A DNA stretch of 62,415 nt, filler included, from Sphacelaria rigidula (taxonomy: Eukaryota): assembly GCA_964200075.2 (NCBI GenBank). It is 10 parts of 10 records of this genome, joined end to end, with 100 filler letters (N's around TTAATTAATTAA, not from the genome) between each part and the next. Parts side by side here need not be neighbours in the genome. Positions count along the whole stretch, not along the records: positions 37,512 to 43,662 come from CAXNAA020021914.1; positions 43,763 to 49,913 come from CAXNAA020021915.1; positions 50,014 to 56,164 come from CAXNAA020021916.1; 7 more parts are not named here. One strand, 5' to 3'. Position 1 is the first letter of the stretch. Every line of letters begins with the position of its first letter. This document shows positions 38,031 through 50,784 of the stretch, one piece after another. The notes below the pieces were generated by a model, which searched no databases, was not told where the DNA came from, and saw nothing but the letters and a program-made list of their open reading frames with translations. The translations under genes were made by a program, and so were the position numbers.

Positions 38031-38287
38031 GAGTGATGCTACGGTAGGGGTGCACAAATATTTTCTGAGGTTACAATTGTTAGGAGCCCTTTATCTCGTG
38101 CAAAACACGACCTACGAAAATATGTGAAAGTGCGCCAGGATTACTACTCCGATGTGCTGGGAATATCCCGAATGAATTTGCAAACGGGGATGCCCTGACC
38201 CGTATTTTTGAGCATCTAGAATCCTTGGGAGCCTCTGAATTAGACATAATTTCGGGGAAAAAGTGCACCCCTACCGTAGTATTGCTC
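38031..38287. mobile_element. 257-bp MITE with GAG...CTC ends and 4-bp TSD (Sola2-like)
   Basis: TIRs GAGTGATGCTACGGTAGGGGTGCAC / GTGCACCCCTACCGTAGTATTGCTC. TSD TGTA at 38027-38030 and 38288-38291. Confidence 0.85.
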
Positions 38288-38650
38288 TGTAGTAGTTGTC
38301 GTTGTTCTACTTCTTCGGGTATATCGGTTTCATGCGAGTCTATATGGGGTACGGTATGAGGATATGTGTTGAATAATGATGGAGAGATCATGAGTAAAGG
38401 GGTATAATTGCCACCGATGCACCGAGCTTCTTCTCACGCTAGCGAGAGTCGACTGATATCAGTCTCGTGCATGCGTCTTGAGTGATGGCGTCTGTGACGT
38501 GGTGCAGACGGGTCGGCGACAGCGAGGGCCGGGGCGGGGTGGAGCGGTCGGGCGGGGGGGGGGGGGGAGCGCACGCCCGTTTTTTTCTTGCTTTCCCCCG
38601 TTGCGCGGGGCCCGCGCGCCGCTTACCCGCCGCCACCTCCNNNNNNNNNN

Positions 38651-39003
38651 GGGGGGCGGGGGGGGGGGCGGGGGGGGGGGGGGGGGGGGGGGCGGGGGGG
38701 GGGGGGGGGGGGGGGGGGGGGGAAAGCATACTCGTTTTTTGCTTGCCTTCGCCATTTGACCGGTGACCGCGCGACACTTAGCCGGAGCACCGTTCCTACA
38801 CCAAATAAATACCTCCAACATTTGGGCACTCATGGCGTTTCTTCTATTCATGACACACAATTGTTTCCAGATCTTATCCCCTTCCTGCTTCATCTTCTGT
38901 GGCCACCATTTATCTCCGAGTATAGCGATCGTTTTCTCGCTACAATTCCATGTACCAAACGATTCCATACCACCTTCATTTTAATCCCGCATTTCCTCCT
39001 CTA
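38651..39003 (-). mobile_element. 5'-truncated copy of the C-tailed LINE
   Basis: MESFGTWNCSEKTIAILGDKWWPQKMKQEGDKI matches LESFDALDSREKTMARPGDGCWPQMAKQDGDKI of the LINE at 52935-53030. Ends AAGGCAAGCAAAAAACGAGTATGCTTT followed by poly(C). Confidence 0.85.
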
Positions 39004-40099
39004 TGTACTGCGTGTGCGGTGGTACCTCTGATTCGATTTCCATGCGGAAACCACGGCCGCGGCACGGCAAATGCGATCGTCCCCAAAGGATGCAAGGCGC
39101 TCAGCAGTTTGCCCACGAACCGCTTGAAGTATCTCTTGACGTGGTCGTTTATTAGTGTCAGGATGCTTTTCTCGGCATCCAAGGAGACGAGGATAAGCTT
39201 CGGCTGGCGTGCCACAGCCAGTGAGTCACCTCCATCGAAGAGCTCACCCCCTCTACGAAGTAGGTTTTCCGCGTGCGTGGTAGAATTCTTGCGCCTATGT
39301 GAAAACATAAAGGCCATTCCACACGGTACATATCGATATCCGACGGAAGAACGCGGGTGAAGCGCGAACCTGAAGCAGACAACAAAAGCACCGTCGAAAT
39401 ACGCACCCTACCCGACGGAGCATTATCACGTATTCCCGCTTTCATATTTATTAGCCTGCAGTTATCACCGACTGCCTTTAATGTATGATCTCTCCATTGC
39501 GTTAACTTGTGTTGTGTTTTTGTTACGAGCGCACCTCTTGGGGGGGGTGGGGGGTCGCCGACATATACCCCGCGGTACTATCACGGAGATATAGTGTTTA
39601 TATCTCGTCGGCCATATCTACATCGGAATATTGTCAAATTCGACGAATCGTGGCACAAACAAACCGCAAGTATGACAAGAGTGGTAACAAACAAACACAG
39701 TATAGAAGATGATACTATGTATCGAGTGTTGGCGTCTGATTAAGACCTATGGTATTGCCTTACGCCGCCACATCCCTCCCCTCCCCCACCCTGACGTAGG
39801 AACACTCTCACGGTGTACTCCGAGAGTATGAACGCTACACAGCCATAGTTGCCAACCGATCGGTGATTTGTTGCGTTTGTGTATCCGCGGGGAGGTGAGG
39901 GTTATGTGATCAAGGACACTCGCTGAGAGACACGTGCTGAAAAGATGAAATTCACCGGCGAGTGTTTTCACACGAGGAGACGCTCGTCTGGATCTGCGAT
40001 CTTCGCATCTTTGCTCTTCCATGGTGGCGCCGGCGAGCGGTCGGGGAACCCTTGCCTTCCTCGCTTTCTTCCCGCTATTTGGTGTAACGCCGTCTCCGG

Positions 40100-43000
40100 C
40101 TGGATCCTGAGATTCTTTCCTCTTCCGGCTCTCTGGCTCGCCCTCGCACGATATGCAAAGGCGCTTTTTTCGCTCGGCCAGAGTCGCATCTTCTGAGGTA
40201 GGGACGAGCAGGTCGCAGAACGCATGGTGTTCAACCCTGCAGTGCGTGCATCGGTACCTGCGGGAAGGGGAACCGAGGAATATATGTCGGCGGCGAATCG
40301 ATCGACAGTCTCGCGAGCAATACCTTCGTCGATGGATGTGTCTCTCGGTGCCCACCCTCCGACTAGATACTCCATGTGCGTTAATTACACGCTCACCTGA
40401 CGTCTCGGGTGGGTTTGCACGACTCGCACACTTTGCCCTCGCGACTACCCGCTGCTGGACGCTCCCGACCCTCCTCACCCTCGCCGTCGGCCTCCCCAAC
40501 GGATGCGTCGTTCACATCTTCCTCGCCGCCGCCACCCACGAGTTTTAAACGCGCTGTCTTGTCGTTTAGCGCGTTCCACTTTTTCCTCCACGTTTCGCTG
40601 AAAGATTTGAGGGTCCCTCTTTGTGTCACCTGCGAACGGCGGTGAGGGCAAGATCTCTGGTATGCCAAGCATGAACTAAGATTCAAAATAAGGGACGGCC
40701 GGCAGCAAGTCTCTGCTTCGTCTCTGGAGTGCAGATTTATGTGGGTGGTGGTGTTTTACACTCCTCAACCAGTACTACCGGGAAAGATACAGTTGACTTC
40801 CGTGCCTGAGCATCGAGGCCGGTCACCGATCAGCTCGCGACAGCGAATATATCTCAACTTTCTTAGGATAAAGTCAACTACCGACGGGGAGTAACGTACC
40901 AGCTGCAAGGGCCGTGGAAGTCTTCCCTTGTAGACCGCCTCGAATTCCTTCATGGCATCGCCTTCCTGTTCTTCAGCCGGCAGGCTTTCTCTTGTCTCTG
41001 ATATCGTCTTGTCCACGGACGATATAGAGTCCCCCACGAACAGCTGGAAATCTTCCAATCCGTACGTACCGTCTATCATTTTGTGCACGCCGCTGTTCAC
41101 AGAAATCGGAATCGAAAACATCAAACGTCGCACCACATTCTGTGACAGGTCGACTAGTGTGCAGTGATATTTACGAACACAGCGGCGCATGCTTACGTTG
41201 TCTCGATATTGACAGAGCGCCGTACCTCGGGCAGCGGCCGGACTACAGATTAATGGCACTCACTCCTCCAACCTGTCCGTCCAAGCAAGACGAGGCACCA
41301 CGCTCTCGATTCTCTCCACCAGGTTGTGCGCGATGCGAGCGTTTTTGGTGATCCGGTCCCAATCTTTCGGTGTGAGTGTCATCTTGTTCGCCCTCGAATG
41401 TCTGTCGTGGTACGGTCGAAAATCGAGGATGAATGTTGTTTGGGTACCGTCCTTGGTATCTTTCATAAGCATCACGATACATTCGAAATAAAGACACATC
41501 TGCACTCTCCACCTGTGATGTGTGGTCTCGCTCATCCCCGAAAACAGCCATCTGCAATTCGTGACCTCCGGTGTTTATTCGGAACGATATCGTCCTCCAG
41601 TCATTCCGGTACAAAACACTGTTGATCTTATATTTGTTTGCTACGATGAGTGAGGTCACACATCACAGCCGGAGAATGATTTTGCATTTTAATTTCGAAA
41701 CCTTTTCGATGTTTATGAAGGTTCCCGAGGTCGTCCTCTACCAAAAAATCTATCCTAAATTTCGAAAATAGACTGCTTCGAGCGGAGGAGGGGGTACGTG
41801 TAGTTATACCCTGGATAAATTGGTTCTGACAGTCCATCAAACAGGACACATACCACATGATACACTCTCGTCATCCTTCGGTGCGGCAAATTAATGGAAG
41901 ATAACTCGAGATTATCACAACAAGCGACTGGATGTACCGGCGGTGCATGCCTTACGAGCATATTGACGGCGATCGATTGCGCTGCGGGTGTGGCGTGTAG
42001 ATCGCTGTAAGCCTTGCTCTTCAGGTACGTCAGCGAAATACATTTCGCGTCGATACCGGGGTCCGACGTCTGGAACGCCCATGCAATGTCCTTCATTGCT
42101 TGTGGTGTAGTGGCGAAGCAAGCCTTTCGCCAGTGCCGCATCGTCACCAGCGACAGAGAATTCAAACCCAGCTGTTTTCGGTAACGAGGGGGCACCATCG
42201 GACCGTGGAGAATAACATATAGCAGATGCGGTGAATCCGAGTCGGCCGTTTCAGGGTCCGTGGGAGTTCAAAATGATTCATATTACCGTACACAACTTTT
42301 CCCGACTGAACAGAATATCGGTACCGGTCCCCACATCGAATCGTCGCCCCCCTGCTCCAGAGCGGCAGCTTCACTGCGACCGTCGTGCATGCTGCATTTC
42401 ATACGTGGTCGAGGTCTGTCGTGTTCGCTGCACACTGAATTGTTTCTCGACGTATGAGCGGGTGGGAGACGCAGTACACGCGTCGTAAACCCTCCGGTAA
42501 CTAGTTTACAACAATATAAGCGGACTTGACTCGGTTCCGAGATGTAACATAAATGATCCGCGGCGCACATATAATACAATAATACGACTTTAAACTTCAC
42601 CCAATGCCCACTATCGTCCCCGTGTAATGCAGATCCGGTTTTGTAGTACCCCGTCTTTCACATTCCATTACTCACGTTCGTGAACTCCTGTGCTATTTGT
42701 TCCCCCGTGACGGCATCACTTCTCGTCCTCTCCTGGACCGAGAGTATGATCCCAACGTGCATGTAAAGCTTGTCGTACGTGTTGCGGGCGAACAGAGTCT
42801 CGCCGACATCGTTTAAAGCTCTTCGAAGGCAGGCAGGCAGCAGCAACGGTTGACGCGGTTATTATTCTCCGATGTTCCAGACTTTTTATTCGAAAAAATT
42901 TCCTCTCTGACGCAGCTGATGCTGGGCAACAACAATATAAATATATGAAGTCGTCTCTTTGGTCCTTCAGCTGTCATTCTGTATTCGCTCGGACGATCCC
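40100..43000 (-). pseudogene. Heavily decayed Mutator/MULE-like transposase with SWIM-like and PHD-like Cys/His motifs
   Basis: Ordered fragments across stops and frameshifts: GDDSGHWVKFKVVLLYYMCAADH; SMHDGRSEAAAL; PHLL..H; VNCIFPGSTG*GVKH; CESC; CTHCRVEHHAFC..LCISC. Confidence 0.45.
41411..41773. mobile_element. Old fold-back MITE inserted in the MULE-like relic
   Basis: Left arm TTCATAAGCATC..TTCGAAATAAAG..CTCCACCTGTGATGTGTGGTCTCGCTCATC pairs with right arm GATGAGTGAGGTCACACATCACAGCCGGAG..TTTAATTTCGAA..GATGTTTATGAA. Confidence 0.65.
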
Positions 43001-43782
43001 AAGACACTTTGCGTTTGAAGGTGGACAGAGGTATAACATTTGCCTGACTCGTACGTTGGTCCAAGCACGGTCAGCCGGTAAACAAAATGTCCCGCGTTTT
43101 ATCCAACAGACCGTTCTTGGGCAAAAATGTAATTGTTGCAAAAATCACCTGCGGCCACCGGAAAACGCAAAGATGTTTTTGACCCGTCTCAACGAGTGTA
43201 GCAATACAGTAGCAGTTGTCAACAATCGCGTACAAGGTTGTTCGTTCGGCTAAAATCTATAACGGCCACCAGAAAAACTCGAAGGTGCCCTGCAATCGTC
43301 TTAACCGCTGAAGCACGATATTCGAAGGTGTCTGCGTTTGGGCCGTAACCCGACCCATCTGGACCACATAAACAGTTCGTGTCAGGTTATTCTTGTCTGC
43401 CATAAGAATCGGCATGATGAACGGCGACAGCCGAGCTGTCGATTACGTCGACAAATCGAACAACGTAAGCCCGACTGCATGTTACTTGAGAACTGTGGCA
43501 TTGGAATCTACTTTGTTTTGTTTTCGTTTGGAATCTGAGAATTGAACGAAAGGTCTGAAAAAAATGCGCCTAAACACGTCCCGTCGATGACGATCGTCCA
43601 CTGCCCCTCCCACCACCCCCACAGCAAGCCAAACAAAGCAACCCAACAAAAGAAAAAAGAAANNNNNNNNNNNNNNNNNNNNNNNNNNNNNNNNNNNNNN
43701 NNNNNNTTAATTAATTAANNNNNNNNNNNNNNNNNNNNNNNNNNNNNNNNNNNNNNNNNNNNCCCCCCCCCCTCCCCGCCCC

Positions 43783-43857
43783 TCCCTCTCGAAAGGGATG
43801 CATGGTTAATTTGAAGTGAATGAGACAAGCAACAAATAAGAACGTCTTCCCGCTCCT
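43783..43857 (+). mobile_element. Short 3' fragment of the C-tailed LINE next to a C-run
   Basis: CCCTCTCGAAAGGGATGCATGGT..ACAAGCAACAAATAAGAACGTCTTCCCGCTCC resembles 53118-53215. Confidence 0.55.
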
Positions 43858-43985
43858 CAAGGATGAACTTTTGTGAGCAAAATATGGCAGTGGCAGTATG
43901 TGCGGTCCCGGAAAATGAAACTGGAAGTTTGACGATGAGCTACGCGTGCGATCTCGTTGAACTTGTCACGCGTTTCCCCTACCAG

Positions 43986-46900
43986 AGCGATGAACAGCTG
44001 GCTGCCGTTCGGGTCGAGTCGCTGGTGCAGCTGATCGTCCATCACGCCAACGAAAGAGAAGACTCCGACAAGGTGATATTTGTTAATATTGGGATCGCCG
44101 GGTTGACCTTAGATCTTTTCTGACGGCTGATTGTTGGCTCGTTAGGGTTGTGTTGGATGATGGCCAACTTGGCCACTTGGCCCTTGATGGGTAACACGCA
44201 CTACCCGTTTTTTGGGCTCCGTGATATACATATGTATATATATATATATATAGAATATTTCGAACTCACGAGCGTGCAACATACTTTGTAACGAGGCGTG
44301 CACGAGATGTAATGCTGATATTAGTTTGCAAGTTCCTCCGCACCCCCCCCGGGAGATGACTATTCGGGCCAATGCCAATGCCAGGGGCCCGGTTAGCGGA
44401 TTCGTGCTTTACTTTGTGCGGGGGTACACATGCGTTCGCGACCGTTCGAACGGACGCGCGATCGCGGTGGTCCTGCAGTGAGCATGGGTTTTTCGAGAGA
44501 GGACATATTCTCACGAGAGCTTGGCAAGGCAAGAATACCGAGACCCTCGAAAAAGATGAACGGGACCGGGGCGCAGTCCCGGGTCCCGTGCGGCTTGATT
44601 GATTGTATACACATATATACAGATCACACCCTGAACAATCTATGTTCAATAGATGCAATAGTCATATGTACTGGATAAAGTATAGGCCTTTTGCAACTAT
44701 TGACGGCCGACAATAATAGTAGTTGCAATATGTCTTTACTTTACACAGTACACTTGGTCTCTATTGCATCTGTTCACAATGTTCGGGTGGTCTTCACTTG
44801 TCACTTGTTGCAGTCTGTGCTATTATTTTCTGATTTATTGTGTTCTTATGAATCGTATCGTTACATTTTTATTTCGCAAATCGTGTTGGTCATTTCACGT
44901 CCCCGAAGAGTGGTTCGAAACCCGTCCATTCTATTCCATAATGATCCAAAATATGGGCAGGTTCTACTGTCTCGTGACTCCCCGTACAGTAGTCACTCTA
45001 CAAAAGTACACGTGTACACGATACGGTACGCATACGAAATTCGCATCGGCTTTTGTTGATGTTTCGACCTCATCCGCAGTGTACGGTACCTTCGCCCCCG
45101 GGTTGTCTTGTGATCAGTTTGAGATTACAAGCACCGTACCCGTCTCGAGGCAAAACATGCCACTAAATCTTTTCTAGACCAAAATCCTTGTTGTTGCTCA
45201 GCCTTGACTCTCTCGACAGAGATGATCCAGTGCTGCTCTGCTAGAACGCTCCGTCAATGAACGGATACAACGACAGGTCGACTACGGTACGACACCCTCA
45301 TGGAGAATCCCGTGTTCTCAGAGAATATCAAAACAGAGACGTGCATATCCCGTAATCAGAAACCTCCGGCTACGAGCTTCGCGGTTAGGTCACACGAATA
45401 AACCGAGTCATTTTCGGGTTATTCTCCGAGGGTGTGTTGTGTAGGGTTTTCCCTACATTTGGGTATCTTGGAAAATCAGACTCCAAGCATTAGTCCGTTC
45501 GGTTTCTGTCTGACGCTTGACAATCAGACTCACCAGGCAATGTGCAAGCATATGTCATCATCTATCCGGTTTTACCGGGAACTCGACCAACCTGGTACAA
45601 GCTGCATCCCGTTTGCTATATCGTCGCGTTGTGTGTGAAGAAGCGCATGTGCACATGTGCCTGTTATTTTCACTTTCATTTTTATTTTATTTTGTCTTCT
45701 CCCATGAAAGAAGGAAACCTGACCCAACACTCACCTCACCCGCCAAGCGAGTTCATGCGCCGATGACCCGGCGGCTCGGCCAGACTGCTTCACGTCACTT
45801 TATACCTTCATGTGGGGTAGGCGCCTCGGGCGTTCGCAAGTTTTGCTGAAGGCAGTACGGGGGTCCGACTTGGCGCAGTGCACGTGCCGCCCCTCTCTCA
45901 TGAGCTTTAGCCCCAGAGGTGCATCTCATCGTACTTGGCAATTTTGCTATGACAGGGATGCACAAATATTTTGCTGTGACAGGGCCGGTGTGCTGGAGTT
46001 TGATATAGGATACAGGCTCTCGTTTACACCCACTTCTGCGGTTGGGGCGAACATCTCAAATAGTAAAGAACGTCGTTGTTTTGTTTCAACACGTGAGGGT
46101 GCCTAAGACAAGCTTTGGCCGAGATATTGTACCCCTACCATATTAATCGCACGGCTCTTGGCACTGTACTCTATTCTTCACGGGTTGTGCAGTCGTCGGT
46201 TCCATCCACTGTGTTGCGTCGTGTTTTGGGGTTAGATTTCTATGTAGTACAGAGTAGGGTATCTCACACTTGTTCAAGTATCGACTGCCGACAGTTACTC
46301 AATACCCCCAAGGTTGTGTTCTGTAGGGTACGGGTATGATCGGGAGGGGTATCGTTTTCCTTACAGAACTTGAAGAACCTGTCGGACTCGATGTGGAGAT
46401 TGCACAGAGACTCTCAGGAGTATACCCGTACCCCCGGGTAAGGGTAAATATTTCGTACAGCTCCCACATAGCTGGGCGGTCCCGGGGTGGGAGGCTTGCA
46501 GAACTCAACATAGCTGTCGGGTACCGGTACGAAAGGCTTGCAAATCTTACAGAACTGCTGGGTTCAGTTTGTGCCAGGGTAAACACCCCGGGTGTACGAA
46601 AAATCGTACCCTACAGATCAGAACCTTGTATTTTCACATGGTGCCCGTGGTACCTGGTGTATTAACTTAACAACTGAAGATTACTCTACCTGTACCTTCA
46701 CCTGTACCCCTATCCTGACGATTGGATATGTGCACCGCTCTTCGACGACATGCATTGAGGCGTCAGTAGTCAGCAGTGCCGTCAGCCCTCTCGGAAAATC
46801 TGAGCTCAGATTATTGTTACAGGGTAGAGAGAATTATCTGTGCGTCATGTGTTGTACCATATCTGTCATCCGAGAATTAACTCTTGTTCTTACCTCCTCC

Positions 46901-49056
46901 GCTTTTTATTTCACCCCGCTCCCTTTCGAATGTGTCATTTTTCATTCCTCCGTGTGGATTATTTTTTAGCAACGACTTGCGTATGCTGACAGCGCTGTTG
47001 AAGCTATGTGGGCTCTTCCTCAGGCCAAGGTGAGTGTTCTTGGCACAGCTACTGATTTTACTGCGTGTGTCTAAAAAGCTTGGATGCTGATGCATTACGG
47101 TGCAGTTTTATGACCGATGTTGTTGTTGTCGTTGTTGTCGTTGGTGTTGTTGTTACCGTTGCAGCGATAGCCCCCGTCCACCCACGCAAGTTCGTCGCTA
47201 TTTTACGTGCCCAGGGTTCCGCCGCGCCCCGGTGGTGTAGTGGTCCGACGGTCGCCATTAGGGTGGAGAGTACGGGGGTTCGATTCCCGATGCGTTGGGT
47301 TTTTTTCTTCGTAATGTATGATTTCCACCGNNNNNNNNNNGTGAGAACGTGAGTAAACAAAGTAGTCGACTGGGTTTGTGTGACGTGAGTTGATGCGGTG
47401 CGGGAGTGCTGACCCAATCCGCGAGACCAAAATGAACGGGGGAGAGATGGGTCGATCCCTTGAGACCACGGACTCATCCCGAGGAAAGGGAGGGGTTCAA
47501 AGTGCGAGGAAAAAACAAAATGGTGCTCGCACGTATTATAGGATGCAAAGGTGAAAACATAGCCCAAGAATGTATTCGTGCGATATGAATCAATTGCACT
47601 CGAAGCAATTATATTTCAGACGACAAAACAGTGTTCGTTGGACCGTTGGAACCAGCTATCAATAGCGGCGGGTTGAACTCAAAGGAACATATCGCTGCCC
47701 ATCTATTTCCCACGGTTGGGTACAAGTGCAAGTGCAACTGCTTTGCGCAACGTTTTTCACCCGAAGCCATGTCGCAGAGGCCGACCACGCCCACTGTTTT
47801 TTCTCTTTTTTTTTTCTTTTCTGTCTACTCTGTTTCGTTCACTGCTCACTTTGATTCGGCGAGTGTGTTCGTTTTGTCTGTAGTTCGCTTATATTTATCA
47901 TGTGACAAGGGCTGGATGAATGGATACGTGAGGAATCAGGTAATGTCCGGCAATCAAACAAACGAATTAAAAGATTGTACCCGAGTCCTTTTTTCAGCGA
48001 CGAAGTGTTGCCTTTTTGAAAAATCTCACCGTGGGCACACACCTATCCATCTTTAGTACAGCAAGTCACGATAGGATTCGCTGAGGACCAGTGATATGTG
48101 ATACAGCCGATCCATAACACACTAATCGATCAAGACGTATGTGGCCCTATTCGGCCGTTTTTATCTGGGCCACGTACAGTGCTACCAACCCTTTTTTTCT
48201 ACATGGTTCGTTCTTTCAAGTCGTACGTATCTTTTTGCGTATGTACTATTTTTTTTACTAACGTATTCGTAGAATCGTTCCTGCGGTGTAGGTGTCGTGT
48301 TTTCGTGTTTATATTCGTATTTATATTCGTGGGCGTATTAGGGTATTATTATAATTTCCTCTCCATGTCTTTCTGTCTTCTGTGTACCATGGCTTCGTGA
48401 CCATGGACGCTATATTTTGGGAAAGTGGCTAGTGTGAGGAACAACAACGTAAAAAAATCAAAGATTGTTGTCTGTAGGATACGAGTATGTTCGGTAGGTG
48501 ATGGCATTTATTGCAGAAACTTACAGAACTGTCGGTTACTAGTATGAAAGTCTTGAAGAAGGTATAGAACCTGTCGGGCACGCTGTGGAGGTTTTACCGA
48601 AGCCTTTACCCGCAACCCGAATTCTCTACAAGGTATAGCTGTACCCCGAGTGAAGGTTTTCGTACAGATCGTGCAGATTTGTCGGGTACCGGTACGGGAG
48701 GCTCGTAGAAGTTACCTAATTGTCGGGTACGGGTATGGGAAGCTTCCATAACTCACAGACCCTTCAGGTACGGGTAATATCTGGGTGAATACTTCTGGTA
48801 CACAAAACACTTGAGCTAGAGAACATAGCCTTTTATCAGTCAATCGGACCATCAATGAAGTAATCAACAAAATAATCAAAAGAACCAACTGATGAATCTA
48901 CAAATCGATCAACCATTTGATCAGGTGCTGCGCCGTTGGCGTGCCATGTTGATCCTGCTGGACAACGAAGAGGCCGGAGGCGGGGGGAGCGGTGCCGGAG
49001 CCCTACATGGACAGGACCAGACAGTCGTTGCTCGCCTGATGCTCACTTCAGCCAAG
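43986..49056 (+). CDS. SCC3: Cohesin subunit SCC3/STAG (stromalin) homolog, internal exons 43986-44072, 46970-47029, 48925-49056
   Basis: Three phase-0 exons with AG/GT join to SDEQLAAVRVESLVQLIVHHANEREDSDK-QRLAYADSAVEAMWALPQAK-VLRRWRAMLILLDNEE..LHGQDQTVVARLMLTSAK. This matches the STAG segment I recall as LIRMLVLFF..HAAYLVDSLW..LLKDWECMTELLLEE..DRQESALIELMVCTIR. Confidence 0.72.
46288..46720. repeat. Intronic repeat built of GTCGGGTACCGGTAC / ACAGAACT subunits (related copy at ~48470-48805)
   Basis: Recurrent CTTACAGAAC, GTCGGGTACCGGTACG and TACCCC motifs in both regions. Confidence 0.6.
47118..47154 (+). repeat. Imperfect (GTT)n microsatellite
   Basis: Direct observation. Confidence 0.85.
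47226..47306 (+). mobile_element. tRNA-derived Pol III promoter module (SINE-like or pseudo-tRNA)
   Basis: A box TGGTGTAGTGG at 47233-47243, B box GGTTCGATTCC at 47277-47287, T7 run at 47300-47306. No acceptor stem can form. Confidence 0.6.
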
Positions 49057-49131
49057 GTCACAGCCGATTGGAGTCGATTGTACTGGTTTTTATTTCTATT
49101 CACGTTGATGCTCCCATCTCTCTCCCTGTTC

Positions 49132-49169
<38 letters not shown>
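49132..49169 (+). repeat. (TC)n microsatellite
   Basis: Direct observation. Confidence 0.9.
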
Positions 49170-49172
<3 letters not shown>

Positions 49173-50013
49173 CGCCTCGCTCACTCTAGGCGACCTTGTA
49201 CCATGCACCTTCAAAGGTAACGGACGTAATGCACCGATATTTCCAAGGTGGGACCCAAAAGTAGTAAGGTAGACATTATGAGCACATGCCGTATCGCCCT
49301 CCTAGTTTCTTCATAACGTATCGCCCTGTGTGTCGTCTTTGGCCATAATTCCCTACGGCCATCTCCAGCCGCCAAGGCTAGTTTGTGATCCCTCACCGCT
49401 CTGCGCCTCTGTCACCATGCCAAAGGTGTTGCGAAATCTGTCTCCTCTCTGTTTGTGGTCATTGTGGTCATCGTGGTGATGGTGGTGATCGTGCGAATCG
49501 GTGATACTAAGACTAAGACTAGTTCCAGGGACGGGGGGAACAAGGCTAGGTGTTTGCAGGACCTTGCGTATTGCTATTATCGCGGATTGAATTCGCACTC
49601 CCGCACTGCACCGCGTAATCAACTCCGTTCAAACACAAGGCTTCTTTGCCACTGATATCAAGTCATGATGCTCAAAATTGTGATAATAGTGATGATACAG
49701 TAGTGGGCGGTCTAACTTTTTATTTTGTGTTATTTTGTGATTTTTACGTGATTGGCGATTTGCTTGGGCTCTTTTCGCTCGCCACCCCCTATCACATCGG
49801 AAACCTGAAGATATTTGTATCCGCTCCACATTCCAAGAAGAAAAAATCATCTGTACTCAGTATTGAGTGAGTTACGGGCTGACCGGTCATCGGGGGTCAT
49901 GCCACGTTTCAGCNNNNNNNNNNNNNNNNNNNNNNNNNNNNNNNNNNNNNNNNNNNNTTAATTAATTAANNNNNNNNNNNNNNNNNNNNNNNNNNNNNNN
50001 NNNNNNNNNNNNN

Positions 50014-50098
50014 CAAAAGGCAGCCGTGTCCAATGGTCAAATGACTAAGGCAAGCACCAACTGTATCCCCCCCCCCCCCCCCTATCGTAGGATGACTC
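50014..50098 (+). mobile_element. 3' end of the C-tailed LINE fused to the C-run of a MITE terminus
   Basis: GGTCAAATGACTAAGGCAAGCACCAACTGTAT + C-run + TATCGTAGGATGACTC. The same MITE end occurs without LINE at 6283-6309. Confidence 0.65.
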
Positions 50099-50206
50099 TA
50101 TTGCTGCGTTGTGGTCATGTGCGTGTATGCTAACCGCCATCGCCCGACTTCATGTTCGGTGATTCGCATTCACTCATGTCTTTTTGTGCTCGGGAAGCAC
50201 CTAATA

Positions 50207-50359
50207 ATGGATGCTGCATACGAGGCGAACCTGTACAGTGCGTACGAAAGGCGGGTACAAGAAGCGGCGCGACCAAGACCGGTTCTCCCCGTTACGATAA
50301 TCACCGGTTTCCTCGGGGCGGGTAAGACCACCCTGCTACGGAAAATTCTCCGATCCAAG
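50207..50359 (+). CDS. CobW/COG0523 (G3E P-loop GTPase, metallochaperone) first coding exon
   Basis: MDAAYEAN..LPVTIITGFLGAGKTTLLRKILRSK followed by a GT donor. The family signature is PVT(I/V)ITGFLGAGKTTLL. No further exon found in this contig. Confidence 0.85.
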
Positions 50360-50784
50360 GTGTGTGTGCCATGTTCATTTTCAGTTATGATTAGGAGCGA
50401 CTGGCACGCGACATACCCACAATATTTGGTGACACGAAAAATAACTTCCCGAAACGTTTTTCGAGGTATGTCCGCTAGGGTTGGATGTTGCGCCTGCTCT
50501 CGTACATCGAGTGCATTGCACAGACTACCACATGGTACCTCGTGGTTCAAACGCCGCATACACTCTTGTTTGTCACAGATCTTCATGCTCGTCCGTTACA
50601 GGGAAAGCATTGTAATATTTCGAACCATAGCCGCGCTCAAATCGAGGCATGTCGTTGATGAAACTCCGACAGCTCAGGATCCCCCCACTCCTCATCTCGG
50701 GCTAAGTGATGCAAGTGATGCCATTTCCGTCGCCGGGAAAATTCCCGATTGGAGCCCTTCGATTTCATTCCCCCCCGAATTCCC

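Noticed and set aside
47226..47300. Functional tRNA gene
   Set aside because: A and B boxes are present, but there is no acceptor stem or convincing anticodon arm.
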